From Octopus vulgaris (Eukaryota), in NCBI GenBank assembly GCA_951406725.2, contig OX597830.1:620001-684000 (forward strand): a DNA stretch of 64,000 nucleotides. Reading direction: 5' to 3'. Each line of letters opens with the position of its first letter. Position 1 is the first letter of the stretch. Below are positions 1 to 11,386 of this stretch, one piece after another. The position numbers and the translations under genes are program-made. The notes beneath the pieces were generated by a model. The model was not told the DNA's origin and ran no database searches. It saw only the letters and a list, made by a program, of their open reading frames with translations.

Positions 1-1280
1 ACCCAGGAGAAAGGAATGGTATGATAAGAGGACCATTATTTACAGGGTGTTCGCAAACGAAAGGAAGAGGGTAGAAGTTGTAACCATGGAATGGATAGAG
101 GAAGCCCTGCGAAGAACTGAGGAGGAAATAAATTTTCTGACTCGAGGATCCAAGTACGGGACCGTAGTTGTGCACTTTAAAACTGAATCGGCAGCGAGGA
201 AGATGGCAGCGAAGGCGGTGAAGTCGGAAAAGGTAACACTGTTACCTACGTATTTAAACAGGAGGATTACACGAATAAGGGTGGAGGGAGTGCCACCAAA
301 CGTGGAGGCAGAATGGATTGTGGCGGCTGTGATCAGCGGCCACGAGGACGAAGTGGATATTCTCCATGCCTCGGTTAAGTCCGAGGGCTGGAGAGGCGTA
401 ACAGTGGAGCTGAACGTACAGGCAGAGACCGAGGTACTGGTGGACCTGACGGAAAGCATCAGACTGGGAGAAGTGATCATGAGAGTGTGGGTGGAGGGCA
501 GGGCTCCACGCTGTTACAAGTGTGGCCTGAGGGGTCACATAAGAGCCTTCTGCCCTCCCCCAGGGAAAGAAATGGATTCCGAACCAGAGAGAGAAGCAGA
601 AACCAGAGGAGAAGGAAACAGAGGAAGAGAATACACAGAAATGGAAGGAAGCTGGAAGTAAGAGGAAGAGAAGAATATGTGGAAAAAAAGAAAATAATAT
701 GGAACTCCAATCTACCCCAAAACCTCCCACACCCTCTGAGTCCCACCCTATCCATGCAGACATTGAACCCACCCGCTCCCCACCACCAACAAAACAAAAA
801 AAAAAAAAGAATACACACACACAAGATATTGAAATCGAACCCAGGCCGTACATTTGTACTATGACTGAACAGAGGGAAGTTAAAAGTCTAATGGAAGAGT
901 ATAAACGGTATGATGTTGGAGAGACTAGGTATGCTGTGATTGAAAAGAAGAACATAGGTGAGTTTATGGGGAGGTGTGAAAGGGAGAATTGGGAGGTGAA
1001 AGATATAAGAATGAGCGATGAATTCGTGGAAAATATGAATGAGTATTTCGGAGTAAGAATGGATATGGAATTTATTCGTATTGGCAAAGAACATTCAAGT
1101 GACTATGAAAAACAAAGGACAGGTAAGTGATGCTGACGGACGGGGCCGTTGGTATCGCTTTCATTTTATCATTTTTCGTTTAACAATACATGTTCATAAA
1201 GTTTAATTATAATGTTCTATGTCCCCATGTTTTGTTATGTCCGCCATTCTTCGTAGCCCCTTAGTGGGTAATAAAGAAAT
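1..1280 (+). mobile_element. ORF1-only non-LTR element (Tx1/L1-clade ORF1-like, HAL1/HeT-A-like), array unit 1; 5' end lies outside the window
   Basis: Near-identical to units 2 and 3. ORF pieces 47-661 and 699-1130 encode a CX2CX4HX4C knuckle (CYKCGLRGHIRAFC). Ends ...cgtagccccttagtgggtaataaagaaat. No endonuclease or RT follows. Confidence 0.8.
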
Positions 1281-3044
1281 CACATTGTAGAAATTCGGCA
1301 ACGAATTTTGAAGGAGTCGGTCGTGTTTTTTTACGCTCGTAAAATTCGGTAAAAAAGAACAAAAGGCGTTGTTGTTGTTGTGGAAATTCTGAACGGCGTT
1401 GACGCGGTTTCGCGTTTCGCTCGTTCAGCGCGTTACACTTTTTCTGTTTTGGCGGCCGTTTTCGGTCTGTCAGACAGAAGGAAATGGACTATGAGTCTCT
1501 AACAGACTTGTCCACGACAGATGAGGAACTGGAACAGGCAATTGCAGTGAAGCTGATGGAGAAAAGGCTGGAGTTTTCGAGTCTTTATCAGACTTGCCTA
1601 TGTCTGAGAAGGAGCTAGAAATGGCAGCAAGGAAATTGGAAGACAAGCTGAGTTATACCTATGCCGGTGTAACCAAGAAGGCGGAAGAGAAAGGGGTCGA
1701 CATGGCCAAGTTGCCAAGTTACCAGAAATACATGAAAAAGGAAAGCGGTGAGGTGGAACTATCACCGACACCCAGGAGAAAAGAATGGTATGATAAGAGG
1801 ACCATTGTTTACAGGGTGTTCGCAAACGAAAGGAAGAGGGTAGAAGTTGTAACCATGGAATGGATAGAGGAAGCCCTGCGAAGAACTGAGGAGGAAATAA
1901 ATTTTCTGACTCGAGGATCCAAGTACGGGACCGTAGTTGTGCACTTTAAAAGTGAATCTGCAGCGAGGAAGATGGCAGCGAAGGCGGTGAAGTCGGAAAA
2001 GGTAACACTGTTACCTACGTATTTAAACAGGAGGATTACACGAATAAGGGTGGAGGGAGTGCCACCAAACGTGGAGGCAGAATGGATTGTGGCGGCTGTG
2101 ATCAGCGGCCACGAGGACGAAGTGGATATTCTCCATGCCTCGGTTAAGTCCGAGGGCTGGAGAGGCGTAACAGTGGAGCTGAACGTACAGGCAGAGACCG
2201 AGGTACTGGTGGACCTGACGGAAAGCATCAGACTGGGAGAAGTGATCATGAGAGTGTGGGTGGAGGGCAGGGCTCCACGTTGTTACAAGTGTGGCCTGAG
2301 GGGTCACATAAGAGCCTTCTGCCCTCCCCCAGGGAAAGAAACGGATTCCGAACCAGAGAGAGAGAAGCAGAAACCAGAGGAGAAGGAAACAGAGGAAGAG
2401 AATACACAGAAATGGAAGGAAGCTGGAAGTAAGAGGAAGAGAAGAATTATGTGGAAAAGAAAATAATATGGAACTCCAATCTACCCCAAAACCACCCACA
2501 CCCTCTGAGTCCCACCCTATCCATGCAGACATTGAACCCACCCGCTCCCCCCAACAAGAAAACAAAAGAAAAAAAGAATACACACACACAAGAGATTGAA
2601 ATCGAACCCAGGCCGTACATTTGTACTATGACTGAACAGAGGGAAGTTAAAAGTCTAATGGAAGAGTATAAACGGTATGATGTTGGAGAGACTAGGTATG
2701 CTGTGATTGAAAAGAAGAACATAGGTGAGTTTATGGGGAGGTGTGAAAGGGAGAATTGGGAGGTGAAAGATATAAGAATGAGCGATGAATTCGTGGAAAA
2801 TATGAATGAGTATTTCGGAGTAAGAATGGATATGGAATTTATTCGTATTGGCAAAGAACATTCAAGTGACTATGAAAAACAAAGGACAGGTAAGTGATGC
2901 TGACGGACGGGGCCGTTGGTATCGCTTTCATTTTATCATTTTTCGTTTAACAATACATGTTCATAAAGTTTAATTATAATGTTCTATGTCCCCATGTCTT
3001 TTGTTGTCCCCCTCTGTGTCGCCCCTTAGTGGGTAATAAAAAAT
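1281..3044 (+). mobile_element. ORF1-only non-LTR element, array unit 2 (longest 5' end)
   Basis: CpG-rich 5' UTR, ATG at ~1484 (MDYESL...), ORF broken only in A/C runs, stop at 2897, ~150-nt 3' UTR ending ctctgtgtcgccccttagtgggtaataaaaaat. Confidence 0.8.
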
Positions 3045-3046
3045 CA

Positions 3047-4757
3047 GCTCGTAAAATTCGGTAAAAAAGAACAAAAGGCGTTGTTGTTGTTGTGGAAATT
3101 CTGAACGGCGTTGACGCGGTTTCGCGTTTCGCTCGTTCAGCGCGTTACACTTTTTCTGTTTTGGCGGCCGTTTTCGGTCTGTCAGACAGAAAGGAAATGG
3201 ACTATGAGTCTCTAACAGACTTGTCCACGACAGATGAGGAACTGGAACAGGCAATTGCAATGAAGCTGATGGAAGAAAAGGCTGGAGTTTTCGAGTCTTT
3301 ATCAGACTTGTCCGAGAAGGAGCTAGAAATGGCAGCAAGTAAATTGGAAGAAAAGCTGAGTTATACCTATGCCGGTGTAACGAAGAAGGCGGAAGAGAAA
3401 GGGGTCGAAATGGCCAAGCTACCAAGTTACCAGAAATACATGAAAAAGGAAAGCGGTGAGGTGGAACTATCACCGACACCCAGGAGAAAAGAATGGTATG
3501 ATAAGAGGACGATTACGTACAGGGTGTTCGCAAACGAAAGGAAGAGGGTAGAAGTTGTAACCATGGAATGGATAGAGGAAGCCCTGCGAAGAACTGAGGA
3601 GGAAATAAATTTTCTGACTCGAGGATCCAAGTACGGTACCGTAGTTGTGCATTTTAATACTGAGTCTGCAGCGAGGAAGATGGCGGCGAAGGCGGTGAAG
3701 TCAGAAAAGGTAACCCTATTACCTACGTATTTAAACAGGAGGATTACACGAATAAGGGTGGAGGGAGTGCCACCAAACGTGGAGGCAGAATGGATTGTGG
3801 CGGCTGTGATCAGCGGCCACGAGGACGAGGTGGATATTCTCCATGCCTCGGTTAAGTCCGAGGGCTGGAGAGGCGTAACAGTGGAGCTGAACGTACAGGC
3901 AGAGACCGAGGTACTGGTGGACCTGACGGAAAGCATCAGACTGGGAGACGTGATCATGAGAGTGTGGGTGGAGGGCAGGGCTCCACGTTGTTACAAGTGT
4001 GGCCTGAGGGGTCACATAAGAGCCTTCTGCCCTCCCCCAGGGAAAGAAACGGATTCCGAACCAGAGAGAGAGAAGCAGAAACCAGAGGAGAAGGAAACAG
4101 AGGAAGAGAATACACAGAAATGGAAGGAAGCTGGAAGTAAGAGGAAGAGAAGAATTCGTGGTAAAGAAAATAATATGGAACTCCAATCTACCCCAAAACC
4201 ACCCACACCCTCTGAGTCCCACCCTATCCATGCAGACATTGAACCCACCCGCTCCCCCCAACAAGAAAACAAAAGAAAAAAAAGAATACACACACACAAG
4301 AGATTGAAATCGAACCCAGGCCGTACATTTGTACTATGACTGAACAGAGGGAAGTTAAAAGTCTAATGGAAGAGTATAAACGGTATGATGTTGGAGAGAC
4401 TAGGTATGCTGTGATTGAAAAAAAGAACATAGGTGAGTTTATGGGGAGGTGTGAAAGGGAGAATTGGGAGGTGAAAGATATAAGAATGAGCGATGAATTC
4501 GTGGAAAATATGAATGAGTATTTCGGAGTAAGAATGGATATGGAATTTATTCGTATTGGCAAAGAACATTCAAGTGACTATGAAAAACAAAGGACAGGTA
4601 AGTGATACTGACGGACGGGGCCGTTGGTATCGCTTTCATTTTATCATTTTTTTCGTTTAACACTTCATGTTCATATAGTTTAATTATAATGTTCTATGTC
4701 CCCATGTTTTGTTATGTCCGCCGTTCTTCGTAGCCCCTTAGTGGGTAATAAAGAAAT
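3047..4757 (+). mobile_element. ORF1-only non-LTR element, array unit 3 (about 54 nt shorter at 5' than unit 2)
   Basis: Starts at gctcgtaaaattcgg (equivalent to position 1335 of unit 2). Same 3' tail as unit 1. Confidence 0.8.
3197..4605 (+). CDS. Gag-like/ORF1p nucleic-acid-binding protein with one CCHC zinc knuckle (~470 aa once a 1-nt frameshift near 4255 is corrected)
   Basis: ORF 3092-4339 joins ORF 4336-4605. Unit 1 and the copy at 12-13.5 kb read through this junction in frame (PTRSPP...NTHTQ...EPRPYI). Acidic N-terminus, putative RRM-like middle (RIRVEGVPP), knuckle, basic and Pro-rich linker. Confidence 0.7.
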
Positions 4758-5100
4758 AGAAATTCGGCAAAGAAATGAATTTTCGGGATGTAGCCTGGAG
4801 GGATTTTTCGTATTAATCGTTTGGACTTTGTGAACACATACCAATTGTTTTCATAACATTTTTAACGCTTTGAATTAAATGTGACCATTTTGCGTTGAAT
4901 TATTTTGACCAAATTTTAACAGGCCGGATTTTTGATCATCACGATACATCGCCAGCGACTCCCTGAAATCCCCGTTGAGAAATCTATATATATATAACTC
5001 AACTTGTGTGTCTGTGTGTGTATCTGTGTGTGTGTCGGTGTGTTTAACTTTTGGATCTACCAAATTTCATTATTAAGGATGGAAAGTAGTGTGTAGCAAA

Positions 5101-5490
5101 TCTCTATATATATAAAGTTGAAGTTGTCTGTGTGTGGCAGGTTTGGTAGACTTCTACTAACACTATCTCCTTCGTGACCCTGCAGCGCAAGTTGACCAAA
5201 ATTGAAAGTATGATAGAAGAAGGCTTGCTCTTTATTCTGTAGCAGATAAAATTCAAATCGGACCATGTTAACACCTAAAATTATTTACATAAAAAAAGTG
5301 CTTTTTTTTCTATGAAAATCCCTATTTTTTACAATTTTTGACTGCTGTGTCACCATTTTTCGGTCTATTTCAACTGGAAAAATGTTCACTTGAAAATAAT
5401 AACAAGTTGCATAATGCAAAATTTTTACTTTTCAAAAATTCCAATTCTAAAGGGTCGAAACAAACCCAAGCAACACCGGGTGATACTGCT

Positions 5491-5492
<2 letters not shown>
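5101..5492 (+). mobile_element. Non-autonomous Helitron-like element
   Basis: A|TC 5' end followed by tatatataaag, subterminal imperfect hairpin acccaagcaacaccgggt, then CTGG|T (CTRR) 3' end. A second similar 5' end at ~4983 suggests nesting. Confidence 0.55.
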
Positions 5493-5532
<40 letters not shown>

Positions 5533-5705
5533 GCTGTGCCTGGGGAGGATCATTCTCTTTTTGTGCCTTATAATTTAACACACTCACCGATAAAATTTCC
5601 ACATATCTTTTATATTTTTCTAAAATTTTCATTGCGTCTTGTAACATTTTCAATAGTTTTGACACACGAACCCACATAAAGAATCTTGCAAACCAAATCA
5701 AAGAG

Positions 5706-5751
<46 letters not shown>

Positions 5752-6607
5752 CGTTTGTAAATAAATGACTTGGTAAGATGCGAAATGCCTTCCAGAACCC
5801 TCTGGCATTATCAGAAACTACATGCTTTTGCTATAAAAGAACAGAATAGCCTGAAAGCGTAAAACAGGGTGGACATAATAAGAAACATTTCAGTGTAGCT
5901 GATGTTTTAAATAGGGCTGCAAACATATTTCTACGAATCAGCAACAGCCAAGATCGATTCCTGTTCACAGTTCTTGCTACACTCTTTTCATTGGCAAGGA
6001 ATAGATTGATTACTAATGGTATCGAAATTGGAGAAATATAATTTCGTTGCGAAGTATTTAACCAAGTGGCCAACTCATGCTGTATATTGCCTGTTTCAGA
6101 TATGTAAATATTGCTTCACGTAGAATAGAGAGTCTGTATATAGAATAGAGAATTCTCATTAAAATAATATAATTAATAGATGTATTACATAACACACTTT
6201 TGTCAAGAGAAAGTATTATGTAGACAAAATAATTTAAAAGCTATTCAAGCGATCATTTCCTGCCACCATTAAGATTCGCATGCAAGATGGAGTTTCTATT
6301 GAAATCTTTTGTTGGTAAAACTCTTATAAACGTTGGACGGTTTTCAATTTTAGCAGACATGGTTTTTGTATTGTATTACACATTTTCATTTCAATTATTT
6401 TTCGAATTGACTACAAACGGCACAAAAATAGCTGAATTATTCTGTATATTGCAGACATATATATATCTAAATGTATATTTGCATATTACATATACGCGGT
6501 CAGACATGCATACACAGTAAATACGGGGAAGATAGTATCCTGCAGAGCAGATTGCAGGTAGCATAGCTTATGTGTGTGTGTGTATGCATATACATGTAAT
6601 ATATATG

Positions 6608-6680
<73 letters not shown>

Positions 6681-9184
6681 AGATAGAGATAGAAAGATAG
6701 ATATATTGATTGGTGTATGTACATACTCACACGTGGTGCGTAGGGTAACTCATTGCAGTAAAATTCAATTTATAAGATCTGTGAAAACTAATATGCCACA
6801 ACGATGAGAAAGAAACAAAAAACTAATAAAATGAGAATTTCATATAAAGTGGGTTTTGGTGGTGATTCAGTTTACAACGTTTTAATGGGAGACGACGTGA
6901 CTAAGATGGGAAGATATTTACACGGATATAGGTGAGAACATAAATAGAGATTTAGATGGAAAGCCAAATTGACAGCCATGGAGATAATTACCCAATCGAG
7001 TACCTGAACGGAGGAAGAAATGGATAGGTCAGACAAGTACGGATAATCTTATAAATGAACGAGTGCATATCTGAATATGTAGACAAAATAGATTGGTAGG
7101 CTTATACGAAGATATTCAATTGGTTGGCTAGATACGTTAATAGACATAGACAGGCTAAATAGTTTTTATTAAGAAATACTAAAAAGTATCTGAATATTGT
7201 TGCTTTATAGTTATTGCGTAATTGTGTCTGCCTTCGGATTGGAAAACCCATCTTCAGAGGCGCTTTTTGTTTATTTATTATCGCTTTGACAGCATATTTC
7301 GAAGAAACTGTATATGTAGCCTGTGTCCATCTCTTGAAATTCAGAAAGGTTTTATATCTCTAAGGAAGTTCGCTTCAGCTCTCTTTAGATTTATAGCTAC
7401 TACTGTACTTTCGGCTGATTTGTTTTCACATGTTTCAACCACATATTTGTGTTCCGCCGCTGATCTTGTTGCCATATTACAGTTCATACAATAATCTTTT
7501 GATTAAATCCTGTGATTAAATTTCCCATAAATCTTGCTTCGTACATGGAACCAGATTTATAAACAACCTTCATTTGCAACGGTATCGCCCGATCGCTCTC
7601 CAATGAACATCAATCTAATGAATTTAGACAACGTTTGAGAGAGTTCTGTATGTTGTGTGTGTGTGTGTGTGTGTGTGTAGTTGTGCGTGTTTCATTTCTT
7701 ATGACAAGCAGTTAAATCACTTCGTAATTCTGACTAGAAGGTGAGAAATCCAAATATAGCTTCTGATGTTTTCATAGCATGGAGGCTCCAGACTCTGCTT
7801 TTATTCTCTATATTTGTCATTGTGTCTCTACTTCGTCTTTTCTCTCCCTCCCTCCCTCTCTCTCTCCTAGTCTCTTCCAGTTCGTTTTTATTTCGGTTAC
7901 TCTTTCCGATTTTCAATTCTATCCCTGCAGTCTTAATCATTAACTTCACGGCTATTCCCTCAGCTGGTGGAGTGAGGCCCAGCTAGAAGAGAATTTGTGC
8001 TTTCATTGTTATAGTCTCGGCTGTCTAGTTTGGCGTTACACTAGTGTTTAGATGGAACATCAACTGCCTTTTTGTTTGGAATCATATCTTAAACTACCCT
8101 TATCCAAGCACCATTTGAGCGGAATGGGCGACACGAGAAAACATGACTATGTGCCAGACCTAAGTAATGGTAAGGAAACTTAGGATTAAGTTGCTTAACT
8201 AGTGTTTTGCAGGAAGGCACTTTAGGTTGGCACACTTTCCTAAAGTGAATATAAGCTAAGCATAAATGAAAATATGCAAAAACAAAACGTAACGAATGAC
8301 ATTAACTAAACAAAATATAAGCATTCTTATTACTGTAATTCATCATTAATAACTTATAATGTTGTCAATAATTCCGGTGAATTGTTGAATATTCAGAGGA
8401 CTGGACAGCATGACTTGAAGTATATGTCCCAGCTTTATAGTTTTTTCTATCATGTTAGGGTCGATAGATAAAATATTACAGGGAGTGATTATCTACTATT
8501 TTCTCTCAAACTCGTCTGTGACAAGTTCTACCCTTCCAAGTCAATTCCTTCCACGTCATTGTATCCAAGATTTCAAAAGACAAAAGCCGTGCAAATAAAA
8601 GCAAGCACCCCACATGACACCTGAACGATTTCCTGAATACTCTTTTCTAGTCAAATATTGTAGTTTAGAGATCGTAAATTTATGAAGTTTAAAGTTAAAT
8701 TCAGTCGGATTCGAAACTAGAAAGTTGACACAAATAATGGAATACCACTCTTTATTGATTCCATCAATTTGCCATCTAACATCTCGCATTTCCGTAAATT
8801 TGGAAAATATATTTAGTGCATATTCTATCGTTTAGCCATTACACGGATAGAATTTTTCTGATGCTGTCACAATTTAAAAATAGGGAGCAATTCGCACTTA
8901 GAGGCAGTTTCAACCCTAATTAATCTGTATATTTTTCTTTTCGACATTTTTTAATGTCGAGAACTGTTATTGTCGAACGCTGGTCAAATTCCTTCATAGA
9001 CCAGCATTTCCCCAGCCTTGAAACGCTAGGAGAAAAAAAGAATTCCTGCACGCGCACACATTCTAATAGAACAGACATGACCAGCAAGACATCAAAGACA
9101 AACCTGAGTGACGTGGAAGTGAACCCTGCAACCACATTCGTTAACAGCCCTGTCACCACCACCAACAACAACAACAACAACTAG

Positions 9185-9217
<33 letters not shown>

Positions 9218-9789
9218 GATATCGTCGTTTTGCCGTCTACGATATCTGCCAACAACAACACCACTACTACAACCTCAACTACTACAAGTGACACCTCTGC
9301 CACCAACACTACCACCAAACCCAATTTTGCTGTGAGCATATTCTTTGCATATATTTTTGTGGCGTTGATATTGTTTGTGGTAAGGTTTGAGATGTCTCCC
9401 TGCTTTGTTTGCGTTTGTATTGGATTTGGTTCTTTTTTTGCTCCTTTTCCTCCTTCCTTTTCTGGCTATTTGCCACTCCTCAGTGCTTTCGTCTTCCGAC
9501 GAAATTTCCGAGGAATCGGATGGAGGTAGGGGCATGTAGGCTTCAATGTATGTTTGTGTAATTGGTTGTGTTGTTGTTTTCGTTGATGCTGGTTGTTGAC
9601 TGCTTGTGTGTGGTGTGTGTGATGTGGAGGAAGGGGAATCAGTTTTTGTATTGTCTTTTGGTTTTACTGTTTCTCTAGTTCTTGCTGTTGGTGGTGTTTT
9701 TTCAGATGTTCTTGTATGTTCATTTGTTGGTGTTGGCGGGTTTGGTTTTGTATTCCCTTTGTTTGTCCTCTGTGCTGATGGTGGTGTGG

Positions 9790-11306
9790 GTAGTCGGTGG
9801 GCTTGCGGCTGGGCACCTGGAGAAGCAACCCATGCAGTCCACCAGCGCCTCAGTAGTGGGACGCTGGACGGACGGGCCGGTCAAATTGCTTTGAGTCTGG
9901 TTCGGTCCAGACCTACAAACGGAGAAGAACTGGGACGAGATAACGAGTAGGGTGACCACTCTCTGCAGGCAATGGGCCGAGAGGAAGCTATCTCTAAAGG
10001 GTCGGGCGGAGGTGGCGAACGCGTACATTGCATCCGTCATCAACTACCGCCTGAGCGTCATTCCTTGTCCCGACCCTACCGTCACCAAACTGGAGCGCAT
10101 TCTCTTCCGCTTCTTGTGGAAAGGAAACGTTCCGATGGCCAGACGATCCGTTTGCTCTCAACACCCGCTGAAAGGAGGGCTGGGCATGTTGTGGTTGATG
10201 TGGTCGCAGTTTGTGTGGTGCGCTTTCCCGCAACTCGTGTCCATGACCGAGCTGCAATCGTGGATGAAAAAGAGGCCGAGGAAGGGCGAATGGTACCACG
10301 AGTGTCGCGTTGCTCTCCAGCAACTCTGCCGTCCTGGGTCGAACTTGAGCGACTACATCACCACGAAAGCATTTTATAGGTGATTAGTGGAGGGGAGGTA
10401 CAACGACGATCTCAGGGCCAACCTGGGCGTCTCACGAGGAATACCTGACGCGCCTGTTCAAGACGACTTTCGGGCCGGGACCTATGGACAATTTCCAGAG
10501 ATCCCTAGCCTGGCAGTGCTATCGAGAAGCGCTACCCGTTCGGGATAAGCTCTGTAGACATGGTTCGAGAAACACGGGGCAGACCTGCCCGATATGTGGT
10601 CAGAGCGACGAAACCGTTCTGCACGCACTCGTGCAGTGTCCAACCATTTCCGACCCGTGGGCTTATGTCGAACGACTGCTGTCACGTGTGGGACGAGTCG
10701 GTTTATAAGCTGAGTCTATCGTCAATATCGCCACGCCTCCTTCCTTCAAACGGGAAGGAATAGCTATCTTTATAATACTTGTAGCTATGGCGAAAGAATG
10801 TATCCGGTGGACGCGTCTGAAAGGATTAGAGACAAACACTTTCCTCTCTGGTCGATCTGTCATCAACTTTTTCAAGTATTACTTGAAAAGGAAGGTGAGA
10901 GTAGAGAGGGAAGTTTTGTCTAGCGACTGTTTCAAAAAAAGATGGGTAACTGTAGCAAGGATGGCACGTATGAATGACGAAGCGACCTTGAGCATGATCC
11001 TATGAACCGTAGAAATTTAAAATTTAATACAGAGAGTTACTTATTTGTAAATAAATGTTAATATGTGACGTAATTGCCCGAGGTTACTGTGGTCTTTTGG
11101 TAGGTTTTTCTTTCCACAGATAAACCTCCCCACTTCTTGGGAAATTTTTGTACTATTTCGACATTTTTTGCATGTATCCCCAACGATTTCGATCCATTTT
11201 GATAGTTGTCCCTATTTTTTTACTTTGTTTTCGCCCCCCTCGAAAAGAAAAAACTCTACATTGTAATTGTCTCCTCTGTGCTTAGCCCTGTGTGGCCAAT
11301 ACAGAA

Positions 11307-11310
<4 letters not shown>
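9790..11310 (+). mobile_element. 5'-truncated Tx1/L1-clade LINE (3' part of ORF2, zinc finger, 3' UTR), degenerate
   Basis: W..RKLSLKGRAEVAN..IAS...YRLSV...LFRFLWKG thumb region; CPICGQSDETVLHALVQCP zf-RVT motif; stop at 11005; tail ctcctctgtgcttagccctgtgtggccaatacagaaaat. Stops and frameshifts are present. Confidence 0.85.

Positions 11311-11383
<73 letters not shown>

Positions 11384-11386
<3 letters not shown>

Noticed and set aside
40-4569. Minus-strand ORFs overlapping the array (146-277 aa) and their equivalents at 12.2-13.5 kb
   Set aside because: Antisense shadows of a purine-rich coding strand; no motifs and inconsistent boundaries between copies.
1-4757. Interpreting the array as an LTR retrotransposon gag or a tandem host zinc-knuckle gene family
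   Set aside because: No LTR, PBS, PPT or protease. The 3' tail matches LINE/SINE ends, and the related ORF1 at 47-49 kb is followed by an APE-type ORF2.
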